Shown piece after piece: positions 18,847 to 28,394 of a stretch of 64,000 bases of DNA. The notes beneath the pieces are model-generated. The model was given only the letters and a program-made list of their open reading frames with translations. It was not told where the DNA came from and did not search any database. Position 1 is the stretch's first letter. Each line of letters opens with the position of its first letter. A program made the translations under genes and the position numbers. The DNA lies in contig SGYO01000004.1 in assembly GCA_004321745.1 (NCBI GenBank), positions 47,016 to 111,015 of the forward strand. The letters are read 5' to 3'. Source of the DNA: a bacterium (GTDB lineage Bacteria > Fidelibacterota > Marinisomatia > Marinisomatales > UBA1611).

Positions 18847-20499
18847 ATGAATATACCAAATGGTAATAAAACTTTATCTAATTGGTCTTCATCTTTAGAA
18901 AAATCCAAAGTTAGATCTTTTAACTTTGACACCCTTAGTGGCCACCCACTAGATGTTTGCTATTTTCCGGAAGACTTTGACCAAAATTTTATTAACGATA
19001 TCGGTGCCCCTGGTCAATACCCATACACTCGCGGCATTCACTCTAATTTATATCGCGGGAAATTATGGACAATGAGGCAATTTGCTGGCTTTGGAACTCC
19101 CGTAGAAACAAACCAAAGATTTAAATTGTTATTAGATAAAGGTCAAACTGGTCTTTCCGTTGCTTATGATATGCCAACTTTAATGGGTTATGATCCAGAC
19201 CACAACTTATCGCTTGGCGAGGTTGGTAAATGTGGTGTTAATGTTTTCCATATTGGAGATATGGAAAAACTTTTTGAAGGCATTAATTTAGAGGATGTAT
19301 CAGTATCTCAAACTATTAATGGCCCTGCAATAATTTTATTTGCTTTCTACGTAGCAGTAGCAGAAAAGCATGGAGTTAATATTAAAAATTTAAGAGGAAC
19401 CTTGCAGAATGATATTTTAAAAGAATTCATTGCTCAGAAAGAATGGATTTTCCCTCCGAACCCATCTATGAGATTAATTACTGATATGTTAAGCTATTGC
19501 ACTGAGAAAATGCCATTATATAATACAATTTCTGTTAGTGGTTATCATATTAGAGAGGCTGGTTCAACAGCTGCTCAAGAATTGGCATTCACTCTATCTG
19601 ACGGTTTCACTTATATAGAACATGGTCTAAATGCAGGTTTAGATATAGATAGTTTTGCTCCCAGAATTTCATTTTTCTTTAATTCACACTCAGATTTTTT
19701 TGAAGAAATTGCTAAGTACCGTGCGGCAAGAAGAATTTGGGCAAAAAGATTAAAAAATAAATATGGAGCAAAAAGTCAAAAATCTATGATGCTAAGATTT
19801 CACACCCAAACAGCCGGTTGCAGTTTAACCGCGCAGCAGCCGGAAATAAATATCGCAAGAACTAGTTTCCAGGCAATGGCAGCTGTTTTAGGAGGTACTC
19901 AAAGTCTGCATACAAATTCTATGGATGAGACCTTAGCTCTTCCATCAGAAAAAGCAGCTGAAATAGCTCTTAGGACACAACAATTAATTGCTTATGAAAC
20001 AGGAGTGGCTAACGTTGTAGATCCTTTAGGGGGTTCATGGTTTGTAGAACAATTAACTAATGATTTGGAGCAAAAGGCCGAAGAATATTTTAATGAAATA
20101 GACAATATTGGTGGCGTAATACCGGCTATTGAGCAAGGTTATCAGCAGAGAGAAATAGCAAAGTCTGCATCAGAATATCAAAGTAAGGTAGATAATGAGG
20201 AAAGAGTCGTAGTTGGAGTTAATAAATTCGCGAATGAAAATGAAGAAATAGATATTCCAATTTTAGAAATCGATACAAGAGCGGAAAAAAATCAAATGGA
20301 AATGTTATCTTTAGTTAAAAATAATCGAGATAATATTTCCGTTAAAAACTCATTAGAACATATAACTAGAGCATGTAGTACAAATGATAATCTTGTAGTT
20401 CCAATAATCAAAGCTGCTAAAAATTATTGCACATTAGGAGAAATAGTTGAAGCTATTAAAGTTGAATTTGGTGAGTGGTCTGAAAGTTCAGCATTCTAA
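18847..20499 (+). CDS. Methylmalonyl-CoA mutase family, large (substrate-barrel) subunit without B12-binding domain
   Basis: 550 aa with [31 protein letters not shown] and SLHTNSMDE. It ends at the ...[16 protein letters not shown] linker. No DxHxxG cobalamin-binding domain is encoded here or in the flanking genes. Confidence 0.88.
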   Translation: MNIPNGNKTLSNWSSSLEKSKVRSFNFDTLSGHPLDVCYFPEDFDQNFINDIGAPGQYPYTRGIHSNLYRGKLWTMRQFAGFGTPVETNQRFKLLLDKGQTGLSVAYDMPTLMGYDPDHNLSLGEVGKCGVNVFHIGDMEKLFEGINLEDVSVSQTINGPAIILFAFYVAVAEKHGVNIKNLRGTLQNDILKEFIAQKEWIFPPNPSMRLITDMLSYCTEKMPLYNTISVSGYHIREAGSTAAQELAFTLSDGFTYIEHGLNAGLDIDSFAPRISFFFNSHSDFFEEIAKYRAARRIWAKRLKNKYGAKSQKSMMLRFHTQTAGCSLTAQQPEINIARTSFQAMAAVLGGTQSLHTNSMDETLALPSEKAAEIALRTQQLIAYETGVANVVDPLGGSWFVEQLTNDLEQKAEEYFNEIDNIGGVIPAIEQGYQQREIAKSASEYQSKVDNEERVVVGVNKFANENEEIDIPILEIDTRAEKNQMEMLSLVKNNRDNISVKNSLEHITRACSTNDNLVVPIIKAAKNYCTLGEIVEAIKVEFGEWSESSAF

Positions 20500-20532
20500 A
20501 AAAATAATTATTTCAAAAGGTTAAAAAATATA

Positions 20533-21600
20533 ATGGAAAGAAAAATTGTACATGTTGTTGGTACTGGCACAATTGGCGAGCCTTTAATTGGTTTATTATG
20601 TGATTACCAAGGACAGCTTGGTATTGATGAGATAACGTTTCATAAAAATTCTGCACTAAAAATTGATAGATCGAAAGTTGTTGATTTATTAAAAAGAGGA
20701 GCTAGGTTAGCTGTTGATGATGGTAAAGAAAATGATTTTAAGAAATTAAAGATTGATTCTGACTTGCGTGCTGAAGATGCAATTGAGAGAGCTTCTGTGG
20801 TTATTGATTGTACTCCAAAAGGAATTGGGCATGAAAATAAGCTTAAATATTATGAGAATTTCTCAAATAAGGTGAAAGGTTTTATAGCCCAAGGCAGCGA
20901 AAATGGGTTTGGTAAAAAATATGCTAGAGGTATAAATGATAATGCTTTAACTCCTGAGGACAAGTTTATACAAATCGTTAGTTGCAATACGCATAATATT
21001 TCTTGTCTTACGAAAACTATAGCTTTTAATGATGACAGTTGTAATAACTTAGATAAGGGTGATTTTATCTGTATCAGAAGAGCGAACGATTTAAGTCAAC
21101 AGGAGAGCTTTATTCCAGCTCCAAAAGTTGGCATTCATGAGGATGAAAAATTTGGCACTCACCATGCTAAAGATGCTCATGGTTTATTTAGCACTATTGG
21201 TGAAAACCTAAATTTATATTCCTCTGTGATGAAGGTTAATAGTCAGTATATGCATATTCTTCGTTTTAAAATATCATTGAATGAACCGATTCACATTGAT
21301 GATCTAAAGAGCAGATTAATAGAAAATCCTTTAATAGCCTTAACTACTAAAGATATGACCAGCTCAGTATTTTCGTTCGGACGAGATCATGGCCATTATG
21401 GGAGAATACTAAATCAAACGGTAATTGTTGAGCAATCTTTAAATATTAATAATGGAAATGAAATAACTGGTTTTTGCTTTACCCCACAAGATGGTAATTC
21501 AATCCTTAGTAGTATATCTGCAACTGAGTGGTTTCTTTATCCTCATTCATACGAAGATAAAATTCAATGTTTATCCAATTTATTTTTTAATAATATATAA
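20533..21600 (+). CDS. Class II (archaeal-type) glyceraldehyde-3-phosphate dehydrogenase homologue
   Basis: 355 aa. GTGTIG dinucleotide loop, VVIDCTPKGIGHENKLKYY, catalytic-Cys motif VSCNTHN, ICIRRANDLSQ and GTHHAKD are collinear with archaeal GAPDH as I recall it (GYGTIG, IVIDCTPEGIG, VSCNTTG, VRRGADPAQ, SHHGPD). Confidence 0.7.
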   Translation: MERKIVHVVGTGTIGEPLIGLLCDYQGQLGIDEITFHKNSALKIDRSKVVDLLKRGARLAVDDGKENDFKKLKIDSDLRAEDAIERASVVIDCTPKGIGHENKLKYYENFSNKVKGFIAQGSENGFGKKYARGINDNALTPEDKFIQIVSCNTHNISCLTKTIAFNDDSCNNLDKGDFICIRRANDLSQQESFIPAPKVGIHEDEKFGTHHAKDAHGLFSTIGENLNLYSSVMKVNSQYMHILRFKISLNEPIHIDDLKSRLIENPLIALTTKDMTSSVFSFGRDHGHYGRILNQTVIVEQSLNINNGNEITGFCFTPQDGNSILSSISATEWFLYPHSYEDKIQCLSNLFFNNI

Positions 21601-21624
21601 ATAATACCATATTAAGTTAATTCT

Positions 21625-23031
21625 TTGACCGATTTTAAAATACCGAACCCACTCATTATAAACGAAAAATACCTTACAAAGTATTTTGAACATTTTGATT
21701 TTCTTTTTAAGAAAAAAAAAGACTTAAGGGTTTTATTGGCATTCTCTGGGGGAAGCGATTCCATGTTGGTGCTTTATTTACTTCTAAGATATTTCAAAGG
21801 TAATAATCGGGCCATTAAAATTGCGCACATAAATCATAATCTTAGAAATGATAGTTTCAAAGATGAGGCTTTTGTTACGAAAGTAGGATTGGAGCTTGGA
21901 ATAAATACATACATAAGGCAATTAAATCCTAAATTAAAGTCAAATGATGAGAGTATTGAATCTTGGGCAAGGAAAGAAAGATATAAGTCGCTGTCAGAAA
22001 TTCTTATTGAATCTTATTCTAATATTATTTTAACCGGTCATCATAAAAATGATCAGGTAGAGACAATTTTAAAGAATATTTCTGAAAAGACCGGTTTGTT
22101 TGGTTTGGGTGGAATGAAATCTATTAGTAAAAATTTAATTAGGCCGCTTCTTCCATTTACGAAAATAGAATTAATGAGAATAATTGATAAATATAAAATT
22201 CCTTATGTTGATGATTCATCAAATGAAGAGTTACGTTTTAAACGAAATTTCATTCGAAAAAAGGTTCTTGGCCCCTGGGTTTTGAATGATAATAAAGTTG
22301 TCGATTCAATTGCTGAATCGGCGGCATATTTTTCTAAGTATCAAAAATCATTAATATATTTTATAAATGAATTCATCCAAAATAATGTATCACAATTGCA
22401 AAATGGTCAAGTTTTAATTAAAAAGAAACATATAGAAAAATTACCCTCGCTGGCTAAGGTGATGGTTGTTCAAGTTTTAACTAATTCACTAGGACAGTTT
22501 AGAAAGCATGACTTTTTGGATATTAAGAAATTTTTACAAAAAAATATTACTGGTAGTATTTATAACTCAAGATTCAAATGGTGCTTATTAATAGATAGAA
22601 AAAATTTTTATTTGTCTGAAAAGGGTATAACAAAAAAAAGTAAAATGATTGATGTTTCTTTAGGAGAAACAGTTGAATTCTTCGAATATGATTATATCTG
22701 TAAAGAAATAAATTCTGCTGTTGAGATTTCAGAAAATCCAGATGTTGAATATATTGATTATTGTAAAATAAAAAATAAAAAATTACAACTAAGAGTTTGG
22801 AAAGAAGGAGATGTCTTTAGGCCATTAGGAATGTCAGGCAAACAGAAAATCAGCGATTTTTTAATAAATGAAAAACTAAATCGTTTTGAAAAATTCAATC
22901 AGCCTGTTCTTTGTGCTGATGATCAAATTATTTGGCTTTGTGGTCATAGAATTGATGATAGATACAAGGTTAGTGATCAGACTATAAAATACATTAGGCT
23001 CAATAGAGCAAAGAGGTCAATTGCGCAATGA
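21625..23031 (+). CDS. tilS: tRNA(Ile)-lysidine synthase
   Basis: PP-loop motif LLAFSGGSDS is present, 468 aa. It lies in the conserved tilS-hpt-ftsH order. TTG start (no in-frame ATG upstream of the PP-loop). Confidence 0.88.
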   Translation: MTDFKIPNPLIINEKYLTKYFEHFDFLFKKKKDLRVLLAFSGGSDSMLVLYLLLRYFKGNNRAIKIAHINHNLRNDSFKDEAFVTKVGLELGINTYIRQLNPKLKSNDESIESWARKERYKSLSEILIESYSNIILTGHHKNDQVETILKNISEKTGLFGLGGMKSISKNLIRPLLPFTKIELMRIIDKYKIPYVDDSSNEELRFKRNFIRKKVLGPWVLNDNKVVDSIAESAAYFSKYQKSLIYFINEFIQNNVSQLQNGQVLIKKKHIEKLPSLAKVMVVQVLTNSLGQFRKHDFLDIKKFLQKNITGSIYNSRFKWCLLIDRKNFYLSEKGITKKSKMIDVSLGETVEFFEYDYICKEINSAVEISENPDVEYIDYCKIKNKKLQLRVWKEGDVFRPLGMSGKQKISDFLINEKLNRFEKFNQPVLCADDQIIWLCGHRIDDRYKVSDQTIKYIRLNRAKRSIAQ

Positions 23032-23549
23032 AAGGTATAGAGCAAAATCTTGAAAAATATATATCAGATCAAGATATATCTAAAAGAGTCAAAGAAATTT
23101 CAAATGAAATTTCGCGTTTATATTGCGATAAAAATCCAATTTTAATTGGAGTTTTAAATGGTAGTTTTATTTTTTTGTCAGATCTTATTAGACATCTAAA
23201 TATTCATTGTGAGGTTGACTTTATAAAAATATCTAGTTACGTAGGGAAAAAATCTATTGGGAAGATAAATATGACCAAAGGCTTAGATCTAGACATCAAA
23301 AATAGAAGTGTAATTATTATAGAAGATATTATCGATTCTGGTCAGTCAATAAGCTACTTATATGATTATATCAGTAATTTAAATCCTAAGGACATAGCAG
23401 TTATTTCACTCCTAGCAAAAAAGAGTATATCTAAGCTAAATTTTAAAATTGATTTTATAGGATTTGAAATATCTTCAGAATTTGTCGTAGGATATGGTTT
23501 AGATTACAACCATAAATTAAGGAACTTGAAATCAATTTATAAGTTATAA
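23028..23549 (+). CDS. hpt: Hypoxanthine phosphoribosyltransferase
   Basis: 173 aa with the PRPP-binding motif VIIIEDIIDSGQS. ATGA overlap with tilS. Confidence 0.9.
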   Translation: MKGIEQNLEKYISDQDISKRVKEISNEISRLYCDKNPILIGVLNGSFIFLSDLIRHLNIHCEVDFIKISSYVGKKSIGKINMTKGLDLDIKNRSVIIIEDIIDSGQSISYLYDYISNLNPKDIAVISLLAKKSISKLNFKIDFIGFEISSEFVVGYGLDYNHKLRNLKSIYKL

Positions 23550-23578
23550 AAACACCATGTTTGGGAATAAGGAAAATT

Positions 23579-25567
23579 ATGGAAGAAAAGAAAAAATCCT
23601 CCGATAAAAAAAGTAATGAAAAGTTAGAATTCCAATGGAAAAAAGCTGGCAGAACCAGTTTTATTTGGATTACAATTATTTTAGTGACTGTATATTTTTC
23701 TAGTATCTTATCTGAGAACAGAAATAATGAAGTAGAAATAGAATACACGGAATACAAAAGCTATCTTGATGAAGGTGCTATCAAAAAAGCTACTATAATT
23801 AATAAAACTTTCTTTGGCGAATTTAAAGAAAATCAGACAATTGAAACACCTTTGGGAATGCGTGATGATATTATAAAATTCCATCTTACAATGCCGTTTA
23901 TTGATAGAACAACCACTGAAGAGTGGGACGCCGCTGGAATTCAGTATAGTTTTAAAGAAAAAAGTATAGATTGGACTGGATATTTTTTAAATATGCTGCC
24001 ATGGATATTACTTATAGGCTTTTGGTTTTTCATGCTTAGGCGCATGCAAGGTGGAGCTGGAGGCATGGGGAATATATTCAAATTTGGAAAAAGTAAGGCC
24101 TCATTATGGACATCTGATCAACCTAGAGTGACTTTTAAAGATGTCGCAGGATGTGAGGAAGCAAAAGAAGAATTAAAGGAGGTAATTGAATATTTGAAAA
24201 GTCCAAAAAGATTTCAAAAACTTGGAGCAAAAGTACCGAAAGGTGCTCTTTTAGTTGGTCAGCCTGGTACTGGAAAAACTCTAATGGCTAGAGCTATTGC
24301 AGGAGAGGCTGGTGTGCCATTTTACAGTTTAAGTGGTGCTGATTTTGTGGAAATGTTTGTGGGTGTTGGCGCATCTAGAGTAAGAGATCTCTTCGAACAA
24401 GCTAAAAAAAGTACACCATGTATTATTTTCATTGATGAGTTAGATGCTGTTGGTAGGCAAAGAGGAGCTGGCATTGGTGGAGGACATGATGAGCGTGAAC
24501 AAACTTTAAACGCTCTATTAGTAGAGATGGATGGATTTGAAAATGATAAAAATATCATAGTTATTGCTGCTACAAATAGGCCTGATGTTCTAGATACAGC
24601 ACTTTTGAGACCTGGCCGTTTTGATAGGCAAATAATCGTAGATGCCCCGGATTACAAAGGTAGGTTAGGAATTTTAGAGGTCCATACAAAAAAAGTTGTC
24701 TTGAATAAGCGTAAAGTAGATTTAAAGTCATTAGCAAAAGGAACTCCTGGAATGGTAGGTGCTGATTTAGCAAATATAGTTAATGAGGCTGCTCTATTAG
24801 CTGCGAGAGACAAAAAACTGTCTATTGATATGGATGACTTCGAAGAAGCCAAAGATAAAGTAATGATGGGAGTACAGAGAAAAAGTATGGTTCTTACTGA
24901 TGAAGAAAAGGAAACAACCGCATATCATGAAGCAGGTCATGCTATCGTTGCAATAAGAACAAAGGGTGCAGACCCAGTTCATAAGGTTACAATAATTCCA
25001 AGAGGAAGAGCTTTAGGTGTGACAATGCAGTTGCCCATGGATGAAAAGCATGGTTATTCAAAACCATACGTTGATGGTAGGTTAGCAATTTTAATGGGAG
25101 GGCGTGCTGCTGAGATGCTAATTTTTGATAAAATGACTACAGGTGCTGGTAATGATATCGAGCAGGCGACGCAGATTGCAAGGAAGATGGTCACTGAATG
25201 GGGTATGAGTGAGTCATTAGGGCCAATGACTTTCGGAAAAAAGAATGATGAAGTTTTTCTTGGTCGTGAAATTCAGTCTCAAAGAAATTACAGTGAAGTT
25301 ACTGCTAGAATGATAGATGAAGAGATCGCAAAGATAATAAGAACTGCGCAAAAAAGATCAGAGGAAATTTTAAATGATAATCAAGAATTGCTGCACAGCA
25401 TGGCAAAGTCTTTGCTTAAACATGAGACTATAGATTCAAAAGATATACAAAAATTACTAGATGGTAAAAAGATCATTAGAAGAAAACCCAGTATCAAAGC
25501 CTCGAAAAGTTCTAATGGCAAAGTAAAATCAACTTCAACCTCAGTAAGAGCAAACGGTAAATTGTAA
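23579..25567 (+). CDS. ftsH: ATP-dependent zinc metalloprotease FtsH
   Basis: Two N-terminal TMs, Walker A GQPGTGKT, the SRH region and Zn motif HEAGHA. ATG at 23579 is preceded by AAGGA; TTG at 23561 is an alternative start. Confidence 0.95.
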   Translation: MEEKKKSSDKKSNEKLEFQWKKAGRTSFIWITIILVTVYFSSILSENRNNEVEIEYTEYKSYLDEGAIKKATIINKTFFGEFKENQTIETPLGMRDDIIKFHLTMPFIDRTTTEEWDAAGIQYSFKEKSIDWTGYFLNMLPWILLIGFWFFMLRRMQGGAGGMGNIFKFGKSKASLWTSDQPRVTFKDVAGCEEAKEELKEVIEYLKSPKRFQKLGAKVPKGALLVGQPGTGKTLMARAIAGEAGVPFYSLSGADFVEMFVGVGASRVRDLFEQAKKSTPCIIFIDELDAVGRQRGAGIGGGHDEREQTLNALLVEMDGFENDKNIIVIAATNRPDVLDTALLRPGRFDRQIIVDAPDYKGRLGILEVHTKKVVLNKRKVDLKSLAKGTPGMVGADLANIVNEAALLAARDKKLSIDMDDFEEAKDKVMMGVQRKSMVLTDEEKETTAYHEAGHAIVAIRTKGADPVHKVTIIPRGRALGVTMQLPMDEKHGYSKPYVDGRLAILMGGRAAEMLIFDKMTTGAGNDIEQATQIARKMVTEWGMSESLGPMTFGKKNDEVFLGREIQSQRNYSEVTARMIDEEIAKIIRTAQKRSEEILNDNQELLHSMAKSLLKHETIDSKDIQKLLDGKKIIRRKPSIKASKSSNGKVKSTSTSVRANGKL

Positions 25568-25662
25568 TTCATTTAGCTCAAGAATGAAATTTTTTTGAGG
25601 ACTATATTATAAATATTAATAGTTTCAGAAAATGGTTATCAAATCCTTCTAGTGTACTCACT

Positions 25663-26448
25663 ATGGGAGTTCTAAATGTTACTCCAGATTCATTTAGTGA
25701 TGGTGGAAAATTTAATCGACTTGATTTGGCCTTAAAACATATTGACAGTATGTTAGAAAATGGAGCCGATATCATAGACATTGGAGGAGAGTCAACTAAA
25801 CCGGGTTCAGATCCAGTTTCAATTGATGAAGAATTAAATAGAGTCATCCCTATAATAAATGAGGTCAAAAAAACAAATAATGACATACTGATTTCAGTAG
25901 ATACTTATAAATCTGTTGTTGCCAAAGAGGCAATTAAAGCTGGTGTAGATATCATAAATGATATAAGCGGTTTAGCATTTGATGAAGATATGGCACCTCT
26001 TTTGGCAAAAAATGATATCCCAGTTATTATAATGCACATTCAAGGCAAGCCTAAAACAATGCAACAAAATATATTTTATAATGAATTAATTAATGATATT
26101 AAAAAATATTTTAAAAAAAGATGTGATCATGCAATAAAGTCTGGAATAAAAAAGAGCAATATTATTTTAGACCCAGGTATTGGTTTTGGTAAAACATTTA
26201 ATCATAATTATAAACTTTTAAACAGTCTAGAAATATTTAAAGATATGGCATATCCCCTTCTTATTGGACCTAGCAGAAAGGCATTCATTGGAGATGCGTT
26301 AAATTTGCCACCTGATGAAAGAGTAGAGGGCACAATAGCAACAGTAGTAGCTGGTATTTTGAATGGTGCAAACATTGTTAGGGTTCATGATGTAAAAGAA
26401 AATAAAAGAGCAATTACAGTAACAGAAAACATTTTGGCTGCTAAATGA
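25663..26448 (+). CDS. folP: Dihydropteroate synthase
   Basis: MGVLNVTPDSFSDGG and DIGGESTKPG motifs. The first ATG is at 25663; the frame is open for 25 more codons upstream without a canonical start (see findings). Confidence 0.9.
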   Translation: MGVLNVTPDSFSDGGKFNRLDLALKHIDSMLENGADIIDIGGESTKPGSDPVSIDEELNRVIPIINEVKKTNNDILISVDTYKSVVAKEAIKAGVDIINDISGLAFDEDMAPLLAKNDIPVIIMHIQGKPKTMQQNIFYNELINDIKKYFKKRCDHAIKSGIKKSNIILDPGIGFGKTFNHNYKLLNSLEIFKDMAYPLLIGPSRKAFIGDALNLPPDERVEGTIATVVAGILNGANIVRVHDVKENKRAITVTENILAAK

Positions 26449-27224
26449 TTGATCTTTTTAAAATTGGTTTTATAAAGGTATCTCTTATAGATATTATAGA
26501 TATTCTTTTAGTAACATGGATTTTCTATAAAGTTTACCAATATTTTAAAGAAACTAGAGCAGGGCAGATGCTCATAGGGTTAATTATTCTTCTAATTGCT
26601 TCCTTCTTGTTTAATGCCTTCGGCATAAGTGCTACTTCTTGGCTCATTAATCAATTTCAAACAATTTGGGTTGTTGCCTTTGTAATCTTATTCCAACCTG
26701 AGATACGTAGATTATTGATATATGTTGGACAGACGAGGTTTTTCAGGACAATTTTTAGAGTTGGAACCTCCAGATCATTAGAAGCTATAGTTGATGCTTC
26801 ATTACAGCTTAGTAGTACAAAGTTCGGTGCGCTGATTGTAGTTCAAAGAGAAACAGGTTTGCGCATTTACAAAGAGACTGGAACATCAATTAAAGGAGAG
26901 GTTTCTTCAGGACTACTTTTGTCCATTTTTAATCCAAGCTCTCCATTGCATGATGGTGCAGTTATTTTGCAAAACACACTAGTTGAAGCTGCAGGTTGTA
27001 TCTTACCATTAACTGAAAGTGATATGATAACACCTGATATGGGCACAAGGCATAGGGCTGCTTTAGGATTAACTGAGGAAACCGACGCTATTGTTATTGT
27101 TATTTCAGAGGAACGCGGTGCTATAGCTGCAGCTGAAGATGGAAGGTTTGTTAACCTTGATATGGATGAAATGGCTTTAAGGCGCTTCTTAAATGAAAGG
27201 TTATTTATATCTTCAGGAGATTAA
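26445..27224 (+). CDS. cdaA: Diadenylate cyclase CdaA (c-di-AMP synthase)
   Basis: Three N-terminal TMs plus a DAC domain with HDGAVIL and GTRHRAALG motifs. ATGA overlap with folP. Confidence 0.9.
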   Translation: MIDLFKIGFIKVSLIDIIDILLVTWIFYKVYQYFKETRAGQMLIGLIILLIASFLFNAFGISATSWLINQFQTIWVVAFVILFQPEIRRLLIYVGQTRFFRTIFRVGTSRSLEAIVDASLQLSSTKFGALIVVQRETGLRIYKETGTSIKGEVSSGLLLSIFNPSSPLHDGAVILQNTLVEAAGCILPLTESDMITPDMGTRHRAALGLTEETDAIVIVISEERGAIAAAEDGRFVNLDMDEMALRRFLNERLFISSGD

Positions 27225-27266
27225 TAATCTAGAACATTAAATTATTCAGATTTAGTAAGTTATTAC

Positions 27267-28371
27267 ATGGAAATTTCTGAAATAAAAGAAGTGTTTATTG
27301 CTGCTAACCAAAAATATTCATCACTAAGGGGGTATCTTTGATTTAGATTTATTAACCTCAAATCTAAATACGCTTAAATTAAAAACTTCAGATTCAAATT
27401 TTTGGGATGATAATTTAAGAGCATCAGCTATTCTTAAAAAAATTTCTAGAATTGAAAAAGAAATTGAAACTTGGAATGGAATTGAAGATACCAAAAATGA
27501 TCTAGAAGTATTATTTGAGTTTCATTCAGAAGGCGAAATTTCTTCAAAAGATCTTTACATTGAGATCAATAAATATAAGAATGTCATTGAAGACCTTGAA
27601 TTAAAAATGATTCTTGGTAAAGAAGAGGATTCTCAAGATGCTATTATAACTATACACCCCGGTGCCGGTGGTACTGAAAGTCAGGATTGGGTTCAGATGC
27701 TTTACAGGATGTATGGTCGATGGGCTGAGCAAAAAGGTTTTGATTTTTCAATAATTGATTTTCAAGCAGGTGATGAAGCTGGTATTAAGGACGTTACTTT
27801 TGAGATAAAAGGTGAATATGCATATGGTTTAGCAAAAGCTGAATTTGGAGTCCATAGAATGGTAAGAATATCCCCTTTTGACTCTAATAGTCGGAGGCAC
27901 ACTTCGTTTGCTTCAGTCTATATTTATCCATCGGTAGATGAATCAATTGAAATTGATATTAATGCAAGTGATATACGCATTGATACATACCGAGCTAGCG
28001 GCGCAGGAGGTCAACACGTTAATAAAACTGACTCTGCTGTGAGAATTACGCATATACCATCTGGGGTCGTTGCGCAATGTCAAAATGAAAGAAGCCAACA
28101 TAAAAATAAGAACCAAGCAATGAAACTTTTAAAAGCCAGACTTTATCAGTTAGAAATAGAGAAAGAAAAAGAAAAACAAAAAAACTTTGAGGATAAAAAG
28201 AAAGATATCGCTTGGGGTAGTCAGATTCGTTCATATGTATTTCATCCATATAATCTTGTTAAAGATCATCGTACAAAAGAAGAAACAGGAAATATTCAAG
28301 CAGTGATGGATGGTAATTTGGATTCGTTTATTAAATCATATTTACTATATCAAATGAAACAAGAATATTAA
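27267..28371 (+). CDS. prfB: Peptide chain release factor 2, expressed via programmed +1 frameshift
   Basis: Frame 0: ATG 27267 ... MEISEIKEVFIAANQKYSSLRGYL then TGA at 27339. Skipping T27339 continues DLDLLTSNLNTLKLKTSDSNFWDD... in phase with the track ORF 27607..28371. SPF (RISPFDS) and GGQ (GAGGQHVNKT) motifs are present; total is about 367 aa. Confidence 0.93.
27327..27342 (+). promoter_or_regulatory. prfB +1 frameshift site: internal SD-like AGGGGG, spacer TAT, slippery CTT, in-frame stop TGA
   Basis: AGGGGG TAT CTT TGA T matches the E. coli prfB autoregulatory site (AGGGGG TAT CTT TGA C) except for the base after the stop. Confidence 0.9.
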
Positions 28372-28394
28372 AAAATTAAAGGGAATTATCTAAC

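Noticed and set aside
24322-24982. Cluster of four 61-78-aa minus-strand ORFs
   Set aside because: All are antisense inside ftsH. They overlap one another in different frames and show no coding signature.
25568-25597. Possible terminator after ftsH (TTCATT-N9-AATGAA followed by T7)
   Set aside because: The stem is only 6 bp with a single G-C pair. It is too weak to call, and the T-run alone is common in this AT-rich DNA.
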